Part shown: positions 40,821 through 49,352 of the stretch, one piece after another
Layout: each line of letters begins with the position of its first letter
How positions within the stretch are numbered: position 1 is the first letter of the stretch
From: a virus
Taxonomy: Duplodnaviria; Caudoviricetes
IMG/VR virus record: IMGVR_UViG_2894097338_000001
Span: 58,342-122,341 of that record
Reading direction: 5' to 3' (one strand)
Length of the DNA stretch: 64,000 bases
Position numbers and translations under genes: made by a program
The notes under the pieces: model-generated
What the model was told of the DNA's origin: nothing
The model's database searches: none
Seen by the model: only the letters and a program-made list of their open reading frames with translations

Positions 40821-41129
40821 TTATTCCATTTCTGGAAAATACTCTTGATATAATTTATCTGATATGTAACCACTATGAGCGAATAGAAATTTTCTTCCTT
40901 GCGTTGCCGTTTGTTCGCTATCAAGTTTTTTATTTTCTAGCATAATATCGCCATCTTTATTTTTCCCGATATACTCTGCATTTAATACGCCGTCATACTC
41001 TTTTAGTGCCGATTCACTAACTTTTACTTGATTGAAGTGAAAGCTGCACTCATTCCAAAAGTTGTGACCATTTAAAATCAATTCGCCGTCATAGTATTCT
41101 GTTGTCGCCATTAATTCATGTAATTTCAT
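40821..41129 (-). CDS. hypothetical protein
   Basis: early-region ORF. Confidence 0.65.
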   Translation of the reverse strand: MKLHELMATTEYYDGELILNGHNFWNECSFHFNQVKVSESALKEYDGVLNAEYIGKNKDGDIMLENKKLDSEQTATQGRKFLFAHSGYISDKLYQEYFPEME

Positions 41130-41185
41130 TTTTAATTCCTCCGATTTTTATTAGGTAAAATTTCTTTTTTGTCCGATGTAAATAC

Positions 41186-41752
41186 TTATGCTTCTGTATA
41201 GAAACAAGGGAAGTCACAATCGTCTACTGCTTCACTCATTAATTCATCAAGTTTTTCGTCACTTAATTTTTTTAATTCCTCTTCCGTCCATTGTTCGTTT
41301 CCGCCATACTCTTTCCACCAATCTTCTAAAGCGTAGATATGCCAGTCTCTATCCGTAGGGAATTTTTTTCTAAAGCAATCGCCGTTACATAAATAATCGC
41401 CATCTGCATATCTAAACATTCCTTCGCCACTTGTAAAGTGATGTCCGCATTCGTCACAGTGTTGGTACACATGACCGTCTTCATCTAAAAGCTCGCGAAC
41501 CCAATCTAAAATTTCTTTTAATCCCGACACAGGTTCAATATTATTTTTTCCTCCAGTCGTTTGTTCTCCTTGGTATGCCTTGCCAAAACAATCAATTAGC
41601 CAATAACTAACACCCATTGCTTTAAATTCTTTTTTCTCATGAAAATCTCTAATAAGTTCGCAAGCTTCATACATTTTTCCGTCATTACCTAAGATGTTTA
41701 TTGTTCCTTCAAATTCCACCATTAATTCGATAAGTGCTCTTAATTCTTTCAT
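41186..41752 (-). CDS. hypothetical protein with Zn-finger-like Cys
   Basis: CDEC...CNGDC. Confidence 0.65.
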   Translation of the reverse strand: MKELRALIELMVEFEGTINILGNDGKMYEACELIRDFHEKKEFKAMGVSYWLIDCFGKAYQGEQTTGGKNNIEPVSGLKEILDWVRELLDEDGHVYQHCDECGHHFTSGEGMFRYADGDYLCNGDCFRKKFPTDRDWHIYALEDWWKEYGGNEQWTEEELKKLSDEKLDELMSEAVDDCDFPCFYTEA

Positions 41753-41764
41753 TTTCTATTTCCT

Positions 41765-42065
41765 CCTAAAATTTCTTTTTATTCGTGATATTAGTTATTT
41801 TCTTGCAATGTTCTTATTTCAGCTAAAATTTCTTTTTGAGTGTAGGCATGAGCCGTTTGGCAGCCAGTCGCACCGAATATATAGCCATCTTTACAATAAG
41901 CCCAATAACCATCGCCATCATGTATTTCATCAATAAAATCTGCATATTTTTTAGGTACTTTAATTTTTGTCGGGTTTTTCATTTTAATTTTCTCCTTTTA
42001 TTTTAGGCAAGCGTTCCTGTTTGTCACTTGCCTAAAATTTCTTTTTATTCGTGATATTAGTTATT
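41765..42065. repeat. perfect 35-bp direct repeat flanking a one-gene module
   Basis: CCTAAAATTTCTTTTTATTCGTGATATTAGTTATT at 41765-41799 and 42031-42065. Confidence 0.9.
41791..41982 (-). CDS. small hypothetical protein
   Basis: ORF with AAGGAG RBS between 35-bp repeats. Confidence 0.65.
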   Translation of the reverse strand: MKNPTKIKVPKKYADFIDEIHDGDGYWAYCKDGYIFGATGCQTAHAYTQKEILAEIRTLQENN

Positions 42066-42452
42066 CCAATCAAAATCCCATGTTACGATATTAGGGTATT
42101 TTTCCTTGCTATTGTTAAATAATTTTTTTGCATTCGATTCTGTTTTCCCAACTAGGTAGCCATCTTGATAATATTTAGTTTCATCAAGAGAAAATTCGGG
42201 TGATATATTATATTCATTTTTTGGTGTCACTAATATATCAAAGTCGCCATTGTCAATATCCCAATATTCTACCTTTACTTTTTCCGTTTCGATTACTTGA
42301 TATGATACGTCATTTTTTTGCTTATTATTACTTGCTTCCGTTCTGCTTACAATTGCATTCACTGATAAACCTAATCCGAATGATACAATAATCCCTACAA
42401 TATTTCTGATTTTCATATTAAGCCACCGATCCTTGTCTTTCTCTTCTTTCAA
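42057..42452 (-). CDS. secreted/anchored hypothetical protein
   Basis: Signal peptide from MKIRNIVG. Confidence 0.65.
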   Translation of the reverse strand: MKEEKDKDRWLNMKIRNIVGIIVSFGLGLSVNAIVSRTEASNNKQKNDVSYQVIETEKVKVEYWDIDNGDFDILVTPKNEYNISPEFSLDETKYYQDGYLVGKTESNAKKLFNNSKEKYPNIVTWDFDWNN

Positions 42453-42675
42453 CTTTGCGTTTTCTATAGAATGCTAGTAGTGATACGATTGATATAATAA
42501 AGACTGGCAATGATACGATAATTGTTACGAATGCTAAAAAGCACTCTTTTTTAGATTGTTTGCGTTGTCTAACGATTCGATAAGCGATATTATAGCCGTT
42601 CGCGATTCCTACGATTGTATATAGTGCGATTAAGTTTGATAACATGAATATTTTAATCATTTTGAGTTCCTCCAA
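42418..42675 (-). CDS. two-TM membrane protein
   Basis: hydrophobic segments. Confidence 0.6.
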   Translation of the reverse strand: MEELKMIKIFMLSNLIALYTIVGIANGYNIAYRIVRQRKQSKKECFLAFVTIIVSLPVFIISIVSLLAFYRKRKVERRERQGSVA

Positions 42676-42708
42676 TTATTAAGGGAAGGAAGTCCTTCCC
42701 TAGTCCGA

Positions 42709-43107
42709 TTATTTTACAGTTGTTTTTGTTTCTACGTTGTAATGTGATTCTATAAATTCCATCATTTCTGCTACTTGACCTGGAAATACTAGCATAGGCT
42801 TTCCGTCCAATTGTACGAATATCGATTCTTGACCTCCAAAGTCCTTATCAAATAAGAAGTTTGCCACGTTGCTAATTACTTGTGATTTTCCAGAATCTAA
42901 CTCTTCAAAACTCAAGTCTAATTTTTGAGATTTATCCACCATTAATTCGTTAATTTCATCAGACAACCAACCACCTTCTTGATTAGTTAGTGTATATCCT
43001 CCAAATTCATTTGCTGCCTGTTTTAAGAATGCACCATAATTAAGCGGTTTTTGATTGTTATCCTCGTTCATTAGTGTGATTGATACTGTATTCATTAATT
43101 TAAACAT
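42709..43107 (-). CDS. first early gene; DUF3574/SAM-lyase-like candidate
   Basis: FGGYT...EGGW...VDKS...GQESIFV pattern; function inferred. Confidence 0.45.
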   Translation of the reverse strand: MFKLMNTVSITLMNEDNNQKPLNYGAFLKQAANEFGGYTLTNQEGGWLSDEINELMVDKSQKLDLSFEELDSGKSQVISNVANFLFDKDFGGQESIFVQLDGKPMLVFPGQVAEMMEFIESHYNVETKTTVK

Positions 43108-43129
43108 TTTATTTACTTCCTTTCATTTT

Positions 43130-43765
43130 GACTTCCTACAGTCGATTATTTCAAGGTAAAAACCTTGTTTCTGATACTGATTAAAATCAGTATCAGTTTA
43201 AAGTTTCTACGATAATATTTGTATACTAAGTTACTATCTAAAAGTTTTAGTTCGATAGTAAGTTTTCTACGTGGTAACGGTCTTTACATGGTTAGTAAAG
43301 CAACGATATGAATTAGGAGATAAGTCCTATTTTGGCAAGTTTTATAGTTATTACTGGCAATCATTTTCACTTCGAATTAAGTTCATTCGGTCTGTTTTAA
43401 AAATGGTAGTCCACTTTCTCAAGCATGATAGCGATTGTTTTTATAACATCAACTTATAAGAGTCTCTTAAAAGTTTTCTAGCCGTTACCTATTTAATTAT
43501 CAATGAACGCCGTTTGATAATCTTTCTTGATATAAGAGGCTACTTATATCAGCACCTACAATTTTTCATGGTTCGATACTTTCATAGACTAAAATTACTA
43601 AACGTATTTTTTGAATTGCCTACTTGCAATCAGTTTTAACAGATGTAAATACTTATGGTTCTTTTTCGATAAAATAAAAATGTGTTTCTGTTTTAGGTAG
43701 TTTGAATTGGAATACCTAGCAATTAGTTTGAGTAGTTAGTTGTCAAAAGTTATGGCTCACTAACT
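43130..43765 (-). ncRNA. candidate long structured early leader RNA
   Basis: No credible ORF; more than 10 hairpins and a long-range GGTAACGG/CCGTTACC helix downstream of strong promoters. Confidence 0.45.
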
Positions 43766-43771
43766 GTTTTA

Positions 43772-44117
43772 ACTTTACCACATTGCTTTGTGGATTGTCA
43801 ACTCTTTTTTAAAAGAATTTTGAAGTTGTTTTGTTAGTGATGTCTAACCTGTCTATCATGTTACACGATAGCTTTTCGATTGTCAACTACTTTTTAAAAG
43901 AATTTTTTAAAAAGATTTTTTGTTGCGTTTGTTGATGTTTAAAGATTACCATACTTGCTTATTTGTTGTCAACACTTTTTTAAAAAAGAATTTAAAAGTT
44001 TGTTGTGATGGTATTCCTTAATAGTATATAAAGTTAAACGTGTGTTTCTGTAGTGCCTTGTTTGTTGCGTTCGTTTAACTTGAAACAACTATACCATATA
44101 TAATTTTCAATTGTCAA
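43772..44117 (-). promoter_or_regulatory. four tandem sigma-A-type early promoters
   Basis: TTGACA at 43796-801, 43881-86, 43967-72, 44112-17 with -10 TAAAGT/TAACAT/TAATCT/TATAGT at 17-18 bp and A/T-tract UP elements. Confidence 0.85.
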
Positions 44118-44149
44118 CAAAAAATTAAAAGATTTTTGATTTTTTTCTA

Positions 44150-45375
44150 AAAAACTTTTTCCTTCTATATATAGACAAAAAAACTTTTATTTAATTTTAT
44201 TGTTTGTCGCGTGGTATCAGTAAGAAAATAATATATAAAATAAAATTGTCGGGATCATAGCGAAAATAAAAAAATGATAATATATTTTTGACTGATTAAA
44301 AATTATAGTGTGATAATAAAATAATATAGTTATATATAGTTATATATAGTTATGTATGATTATCAATCTATAGTTGTATAGTGTGCCAGTGAGTCCCTAG
44401 CGTGTGCCTGGTGTGAGTGATAGCCTATTAAATGACTAGTGATATATACGTGTGTTGTGTGTGCGTGCGTGAAAGAATAGAATAATAAAAAGAAAAATGA
44501 AAAATAAAAAGTGAGATATCGAAAAGTGAAAAGTGAAAATAAAAAAATAAATTTGTGATAGTGATTAAAAATCTTTCAGTGAGATTTTTTTTGAGTGTGA
44601 GAAAATAAAAATTGAAAATAAAAATAAAAATTGGATAGATAAAAAATTAAGTGAGTGAAAATAAAAAGTAAAAATAAAAATGTTAGAAAAAATAGGCAAA
44701 AATAAAAATTAAGCTGACATGAGAAAAAAATTAGAAAATAGTGTGAGAAATTTTTGGTGGAAAAATTGAGTAGTTAAAAACACACATAAAACTTTTTAAA
44801 AAAATAATTTTAAATTTTTAAAAATAGTCGTCCAGTTTTTCCAGTAATCAAAAAAACGACTTTTTGGCTGCTGCTAAAATGACAATAAAAAAACAGTCAC
44901 TTTATTAAAAAATGACCGTTTCAAAAATAATTATTAAGTTGTCTTTTTTACTCAAAAATTAATCTAAAATCTTATGAGTACAAATAACCATAGTTAGTGA
45001 TACTTTCAAAAAGTAAGTGACGGGGATTTTTTACTCAAAACAAGGACTAAAATTTTTAAAAATACAGGGTAGTTACTACACGCAAACATGATTAAAATTA
45101 TCTCGTTTATTCCACGTTTACTATAATTGACAACCATATTAATTTTAACCTTGATCCCAACCTCAATTTTCATCTACAATAATTTTATCATACTCTGATC
45201 AAACTTTTCTATTACTACTCTTCTATTCTCTCGTCTCAGCTAATTTAAAGCAGTTAACAAATTTAATCTATTCACCAATAAACTAACACAACAAGAACTT
45301 AACTCACTACACGGGCTAAATTTAATCCATACAAAGCAATCAATTATAGTCTCCAGCAATCAATAAAATACTAAG
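44150..45375. other. non-coding, strand-skewed repeat block (candidate genome terminus/pac or origin)
   Basis: ATATAGTTAT x3, repeated GAAAATAAAAA, TTTTTTACTCAAAA x2, G-rich to C-rich switch. Confidence 0.45.
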
Positions 45376-46275
45376 CTACTTAGCAAGCCAAGATCTAAAA
45401 TAACTCTTTACTTCGCCAATAAATGACTCTACTAAACTCTCATGAAGTTTCTTATCTGATCCTTGATCCAACATCGGCCAAGTGTCTTCCCTAAACATCG
45501 GAATACTCTTATTCAAATCTTTGTTTCCATCATATAAAGCATCAAACATAATCTTAACAAAAGCTCCAGGATGTGTGCCATCATTCGTATCAAGTATTAC
45601 ATAATATCTCTGTCCATTTCTAGTTGATCTTAATTCAATCGTATATTCATTCAAAACACTTTTGATACCTTTATATTCGTCGGGATTTCCGTCATTGCTT
45701 AAATAGTCAAAATAATCGTCGGACAACCTTGTCATTCCATTATTTGTTTTAAAAGACTTAATAACTTCATCATTCTCATCAATGCATGATCCGTTATCTT
45801 CTAAATTATCAGAATACTTTCTCATACTCATTCTTTTTAGTCCTATTGACGAGGTGACAAACTTTAAAATCCACTTAAGAAGGCTCAGCAGTGTAACTAT
45901 AATTATACTAGCAACTATTGCTATAGCATCATATTTAAAACCTCCTTGAGTTCTACTGATGAATACCTTTCTAAATATAGAGTACATAGATAGTACAAGT
46001 GGAACATTTGAAAGAAACAATATCGTAGTCGCGCACGCATCTACTCTTCTATACTTAATTTTTGATATGTCGTACAGGTAATTTTCAACTATCTCTCTTC
46101 TTGAACTGGAATAAACAAAAATAAAAGCTGATACTATAGTAGGAAGTATTGGAACTCCACTTCCCTTAAATATCTCATATAAAGAAAATATAGATGCCGC
46201 AGCAATCAAAACGATATACATCCAAAAAGAAAAGGATCTTATTTTATAAAACTTATTCATATCAAAATAGTGCAA
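45376..46275 (-). CDS. multi-TM membrane protein with soluble C-terminal domain
   Basis: About 4 hydrophobic segments; GGAGG RBS; stand-alone gene. Confidence 0.75.
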   Translation of the reverse strand: MHYFDMNKFYKIRSFSFWMYIVLIAAASIFSLYEIFKGSGVPILPTIVSAFIFVYSSSRREIVENYLYDISKIKYRRVDACATTILFLSNVPLVLSMYSIFRKVFISRTQGGFKYDAIAIVASIIIVTLLSLLKWILKFVTSSIGLKRMSMRKYSDNLEDNGSCIDENDEVIKSFKTNNGMTRLSDDYFDYLSNDGNPDEYKGIKSVLNEYTIELRSTRNGQRYYVILDTNDGTHPGAFVKIMFDALYDGNKDLNKSIPMFREDTWPMLDQGSDKKLHESLVESFIGEVKSYFRSWLAK

Positions 46276-46832
46276 GAAACTACCTCCATATATTTGAAAA
46301 TAGATAATTAAAAAATATCAAATGTTTCACAGCAGCAGACCACATCATTATGCAGACTTAAACTAGCATATATATATGTAAATCGCCATTGTATGACCTA
46401 ATTTATATTAAATTTCAATCATATAAAACATAGAATAACATATATCTAGCATGTGATATCGGCCGTGAAACATAGCATTTATAATTTTTATATCAAAATA
46501 ATCTAAAAATGATTAAATTTTACTCTATTTACTACGATCAATTATGGTGCGTTTTGAATATTAAATAACACTAAAGTTACTCTGAAAATGACTAAGTTTA
46601 TAAAAGATCTTTTATAAAGATAACTAATTTTATGCCATTTTTTTAACGACACTAAAATCTAATGAAAACTTGCGTTTTTCAACAGTTTTTACGTTATTTT
46701 GATCATATTTCACTTTAACGAGCCAAATATAGGCTGATATTGGATAAAAACGCACTGTTTTTTGCCATATATTTTATCGTAATTTTAGAGAAATATAAAA
46801 TCGTAAACTTGCCATGCTTTTTAACACAATGC

Positions 46833-47423
46833 TTATTCTGACGGTTTATCGACACATTCAATGCCAAACTCTTTTAAAACACGAGCGACACTGGACGATC
46901 TGTTAAAATACTCAACTGTAGGAGTCAACATTCCATCATTCTCCAGGTATAATCCATCATCTTCACATTTAAGGGAATTGCCGTCCATTAAAACTGGTAT
47001 GACTCTGCCATTTGACAGCATTATCTTTAAAATGATTGTTTTATTAACTTCCACAATACCTCTTGGAACCTTTTTGCTAATGATCACATTTGGCTTGTCA
47101 AATGGAGTGTAGTACAGCATCGTGTTTAGCTTATATTTTTTTATATCAGACTCTTCATCCTCAATAAAAACTGGTGACATAAACATTAGTCTACGCTTTT
47201 CCTTATACATAAACTCGCTTCCATCACTAAAAGGGTGCTGCTGTTCAAATACTGGAAAAAGCAAATAATCGTATTCATCAAACCAATATGATTCTATATC
47301 GTCAATATTTATACCTGTCTTAGAATACCTGTTTTCAAGTATATGTCCATCTGAGTAGACCTTAAATAAGTCTTCACCCAATGCTTTGTATAGTCTTTTC
47401 TCAATTTCATTCATAGTCATCAT
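46833..47423 (-). CDS. hypothetical protein downstream of rep
   Basis: ORF coupled to rep. Confidence 0.65.
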   Translation of the reverse strand: MMTMNEIEKRLYKALGEDLFKVYSDGHILENRYSKTGINIDDIESYWFDEYDYLLFPVFEQQHPFSDGSEFMYKEKRRLMFMSPVFIEDEESDIKKYKLNTMLYYTPFDKPNVIISKKVPRGIVEVNKTIILKIMLSNGRVIPVLMDGNSLKCEDDGLYLENDGMLTPTVEYFNRSSSVARVLKEFGIECVDKPSE

Positions 47424-47427
47424 GTCC

Positions 47428-48471
47428 TTACTCTCCTTTTAGCCAATTAAACATAGGAACCTGCGGAAGATCCTCTTCAATTCCAAGCCTGCTATAAAAT
47501 TCCTTCTCGATTGATTCGTCTACAGAAACTCTGTTGCTTTGCATCCTTTTTTCGACACCTTTTATAAAATAAACAGAGAAGTCACTTATTCCGACTCCAG
47601 TGGCACTCTTCTGCTGCATCCATATTAGCTGCTGTTCGATCACATCTATTTTAAAATTTTCTGGGTTAGAATTAAAGTATTCAAGTATAATCGATATCTC
47701 GTCCAGGCCGACATTTATCTCAAAAAGAAGTTGGGCAAGTATTTTAAATTCGTCGTTGCTTTTGATTATTTGAGACATTCTGTCAAGTAAGTCATTTGCT
47801 TTATTATTATTTATTTCATCATCATCTTTTTTACTAAGTTCTTTAGTATTAGTTAATTTCTTTGTAGTAGATCTCTTACTAGTTAATTTATTATCTGTAC
47901 CTTTTGAGCTGTTCAAGTTGGACTGTCCAAAAGGTACATCCCAAGAATCATTGATATTATCATGTTTATCCGAGTTACATGCTGCTTCCTTTCCACCACC
48001 TTGTTTAACGTTATCCGAGTTTTTAATTTTATCACCTTTTAAGTTGATAAAATCGATCGGATTGATAGAGGATATATCGTCAACATTTAACATATCTTTA
48101 TGATAAAAATCAAAGCCATCAGTTTTAGCCTCTTCTATGAGGTCTATAATTTCATTTTTGGTATATTTCTCAGAAGACACGAGATATTGATATATATATT
48201 TTTTACCAATTCGTTTTCTAAATTGAACTATATACCCATTGGAAACTAGCTCATTCCATATTCGCTCAATGCTTTTTCGCTTATTGTGCTTAAACCTCGT
48301 ATATAACTCAGTTTTATACAACTTCCAATTTGATGGATAACTTTGTATATTAGCCAATAAACCAATTGCTTCTAGGCTTAGATTTTCATCCTGTAGCATT
48401 TCCCTACTAAGAGATTCGTAACCTTTACCTTTACTTACATTGAAAATTCTTCCTCCGCTATTTTCGGACAT
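47428..48471 (-). CDS. plasmid/phage replication initiator (N-terminal wHTH)
   Basis: Start MSENSGG after GGAG; LQDENLSLEAIGLL...PSNWKLY...WNELVSNGYI; T/K/N-rich linker with internal TAGTTAATTT repeats; C-terminus VPMFNWL. Confidence 0.75.
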   Translation of the reverse strand: MSENSGGRIFNVSKGKGYESLSREMLQDENLSLEAIGLLANIQSYPSNWKLYKTELYTRFKHNKRKSIERIWNELVSNGYIVQFRKRIGKKYIYQYLVSSEKYTKNEIIDLIEEAKTDGFDFYHKDMLNVDDISSINPIDFINLKGDKIKNSDNVKQGGGKEAACNSDKHDNINDSWDVPFGQSNLNSSKGTDNKLTSKRSTTKKLTNTKELSKKDDDEINNNKANDLLDRMSQIIKSNDEFKILAQLLFEINVGLDEISIILEYFNSNPENFKIDVIEQQLIWMQQKSATGVGISDFSVYFIKGVEKRMQSNRVSVDESIEKEFYSRLGIEEDLPQVPMFNWLKGE

Positions 48472-48512
48472 ATCAATTTCTCCAATCATCGTTGTTATAA
48501 AGACTGGTGTAA

Positions 48513-48683
48513 TTGACCTTGATGAATTTGTATAGTATAATATCAGTACAAGATTCATAGCTAGTCAAAGAACCGTTTATCTTTAATATAAATGGTTATA
48601 AATAATGCTTCTGTGATTCTTAAGCCAAATTATACTCATGATAAATCATGAGAGTCTACGCTGTTCCCGCAGCGTATTTTTTT
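48513..48683 (+). ncRNA. counter-transcribed antisense RNA to the rep leader (promoter plus ~135-nt RNA)
   Basis: TTGACC(48513-18)-17-TATAAT(48536-41); internal hairpin; terminator TACGCTG-TTCCCG-CAGCGTA-T7 with U-tract only on the + strand. Confidence 0.7.
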
Positions 48684-48684
48684 G

Positions 48685-48981
48685 TTAAATATTCGAAGGT
48701 CTTATAATCTCAAGTAGATTACTAAGTTCCTCTGGTGTACTAGGTAGTTCCTCTTCTAGTATAGGCCTATACAATTCTGATATGATTTCTTCGATATCGT
48801 CTAATCTTTTATTACCGATATTTCTAGATCCATTAGTAAACTCTCTTAAATACTTAGGCTGAACACCTATTCTATAAGCAAGCTGAGCCTGGTTAATTAA
48901 ATATGTCTCTACCAAGATCTTAAGGACGTACCTAACATATATATTCCTGTCCATCCTATCAATCCCACTTGTAGTCATCAA
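48685..48981 (-). CDS. XRE-family HTH repressor
   Basis: INQAQLAYRIGVQPKYLREFTNGSRN. Confidence 0.8.
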   Translation of the reverse strand: MMTTSGIDRMDRNIYVRYVLKILVETYLINQAQLAYRIGVQPKYLREFTNGSRNIGNKRLDDIEEIISELYRPILEEELPSTPEELSNLLEIIRPSNI

Positions 48982-49048
48982 ACACTCTCACCCCACAAAC
49001 AAATCTATCTTGTAAAACCCATTATAAGCATGTATACAAAATAAATCA

Positions 49049-49224
49049 AGGGCTGAAATCAACCCTGTTAAACATATTTGAAACAAAAAAGATATATTAC
49101 TTTTATATTATTATTAGTAATATATTACTAATAATCTATATTACTTAATGCTTATCATTACCTTTCGTATTACTTTTGTATAAAATGTTATAACATCAAT
49201 AATTAAAGGGTTGATTTCAGCCCT
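49049..49224. promoter_or_regulatory. pair of 18-bp palindromic operators at divergent rep/par promoters
   Basis: AGGGCTGAAATCAACCCT (49049-66) and its exact reverse complement (49207-24), each at a TTGATT-17-TATAAT promoter. Confidence 0.75.
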
Positions 49225-49352
49225 ATAATAGTCTATAATTCATCTTGTAAATAAAAAGTAATTCACAAATAATTTTTTAGTAATATATTATATTACTTTT
49301 AAATTATAAAAAGATTATTAAAAAAAATATATGTCGAGGGGAGTTTTATACA

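Larger units (their letters stand above)
1570..42050. repeat. dispersed TAAAA-N5/6-TTTTA sites at accessory gene boundaries
   Basis: N6 copies at 1571, 23242, 27068, 28840, 29424, 31713, 32408, 35353, 35907, 39172; RBS-fused variant repeated 35063-42047. Confidence 0.7.

Noticed and set aside
35000-42100. CRISPR array
   Set aside because: Repeats are short, irregularly spaced and separated by whole ORFs; no cas genes.
25000-43100. Stop-codon reassignment explaining the short ORFs
   Set aside because: Short ORFs have their own RBSs and use all three stops, and core genes are full length in the standard code.
43271-43459. 62-aa + strand ORF
   Set aside because: No RBS; antisense to the structured early leader; likely spurious.
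44150-45375. Hairpin telomere (protelomerase) site
   Set aside because: No long perfect palindrome and no recognisable protelomerase gene.
48472-48558. Longer rep N-terminus from the ORF track (start 48558)
   Set aside because: No RBS there; overlaps the antisense promoter; good RBS precedes ATG 48471.
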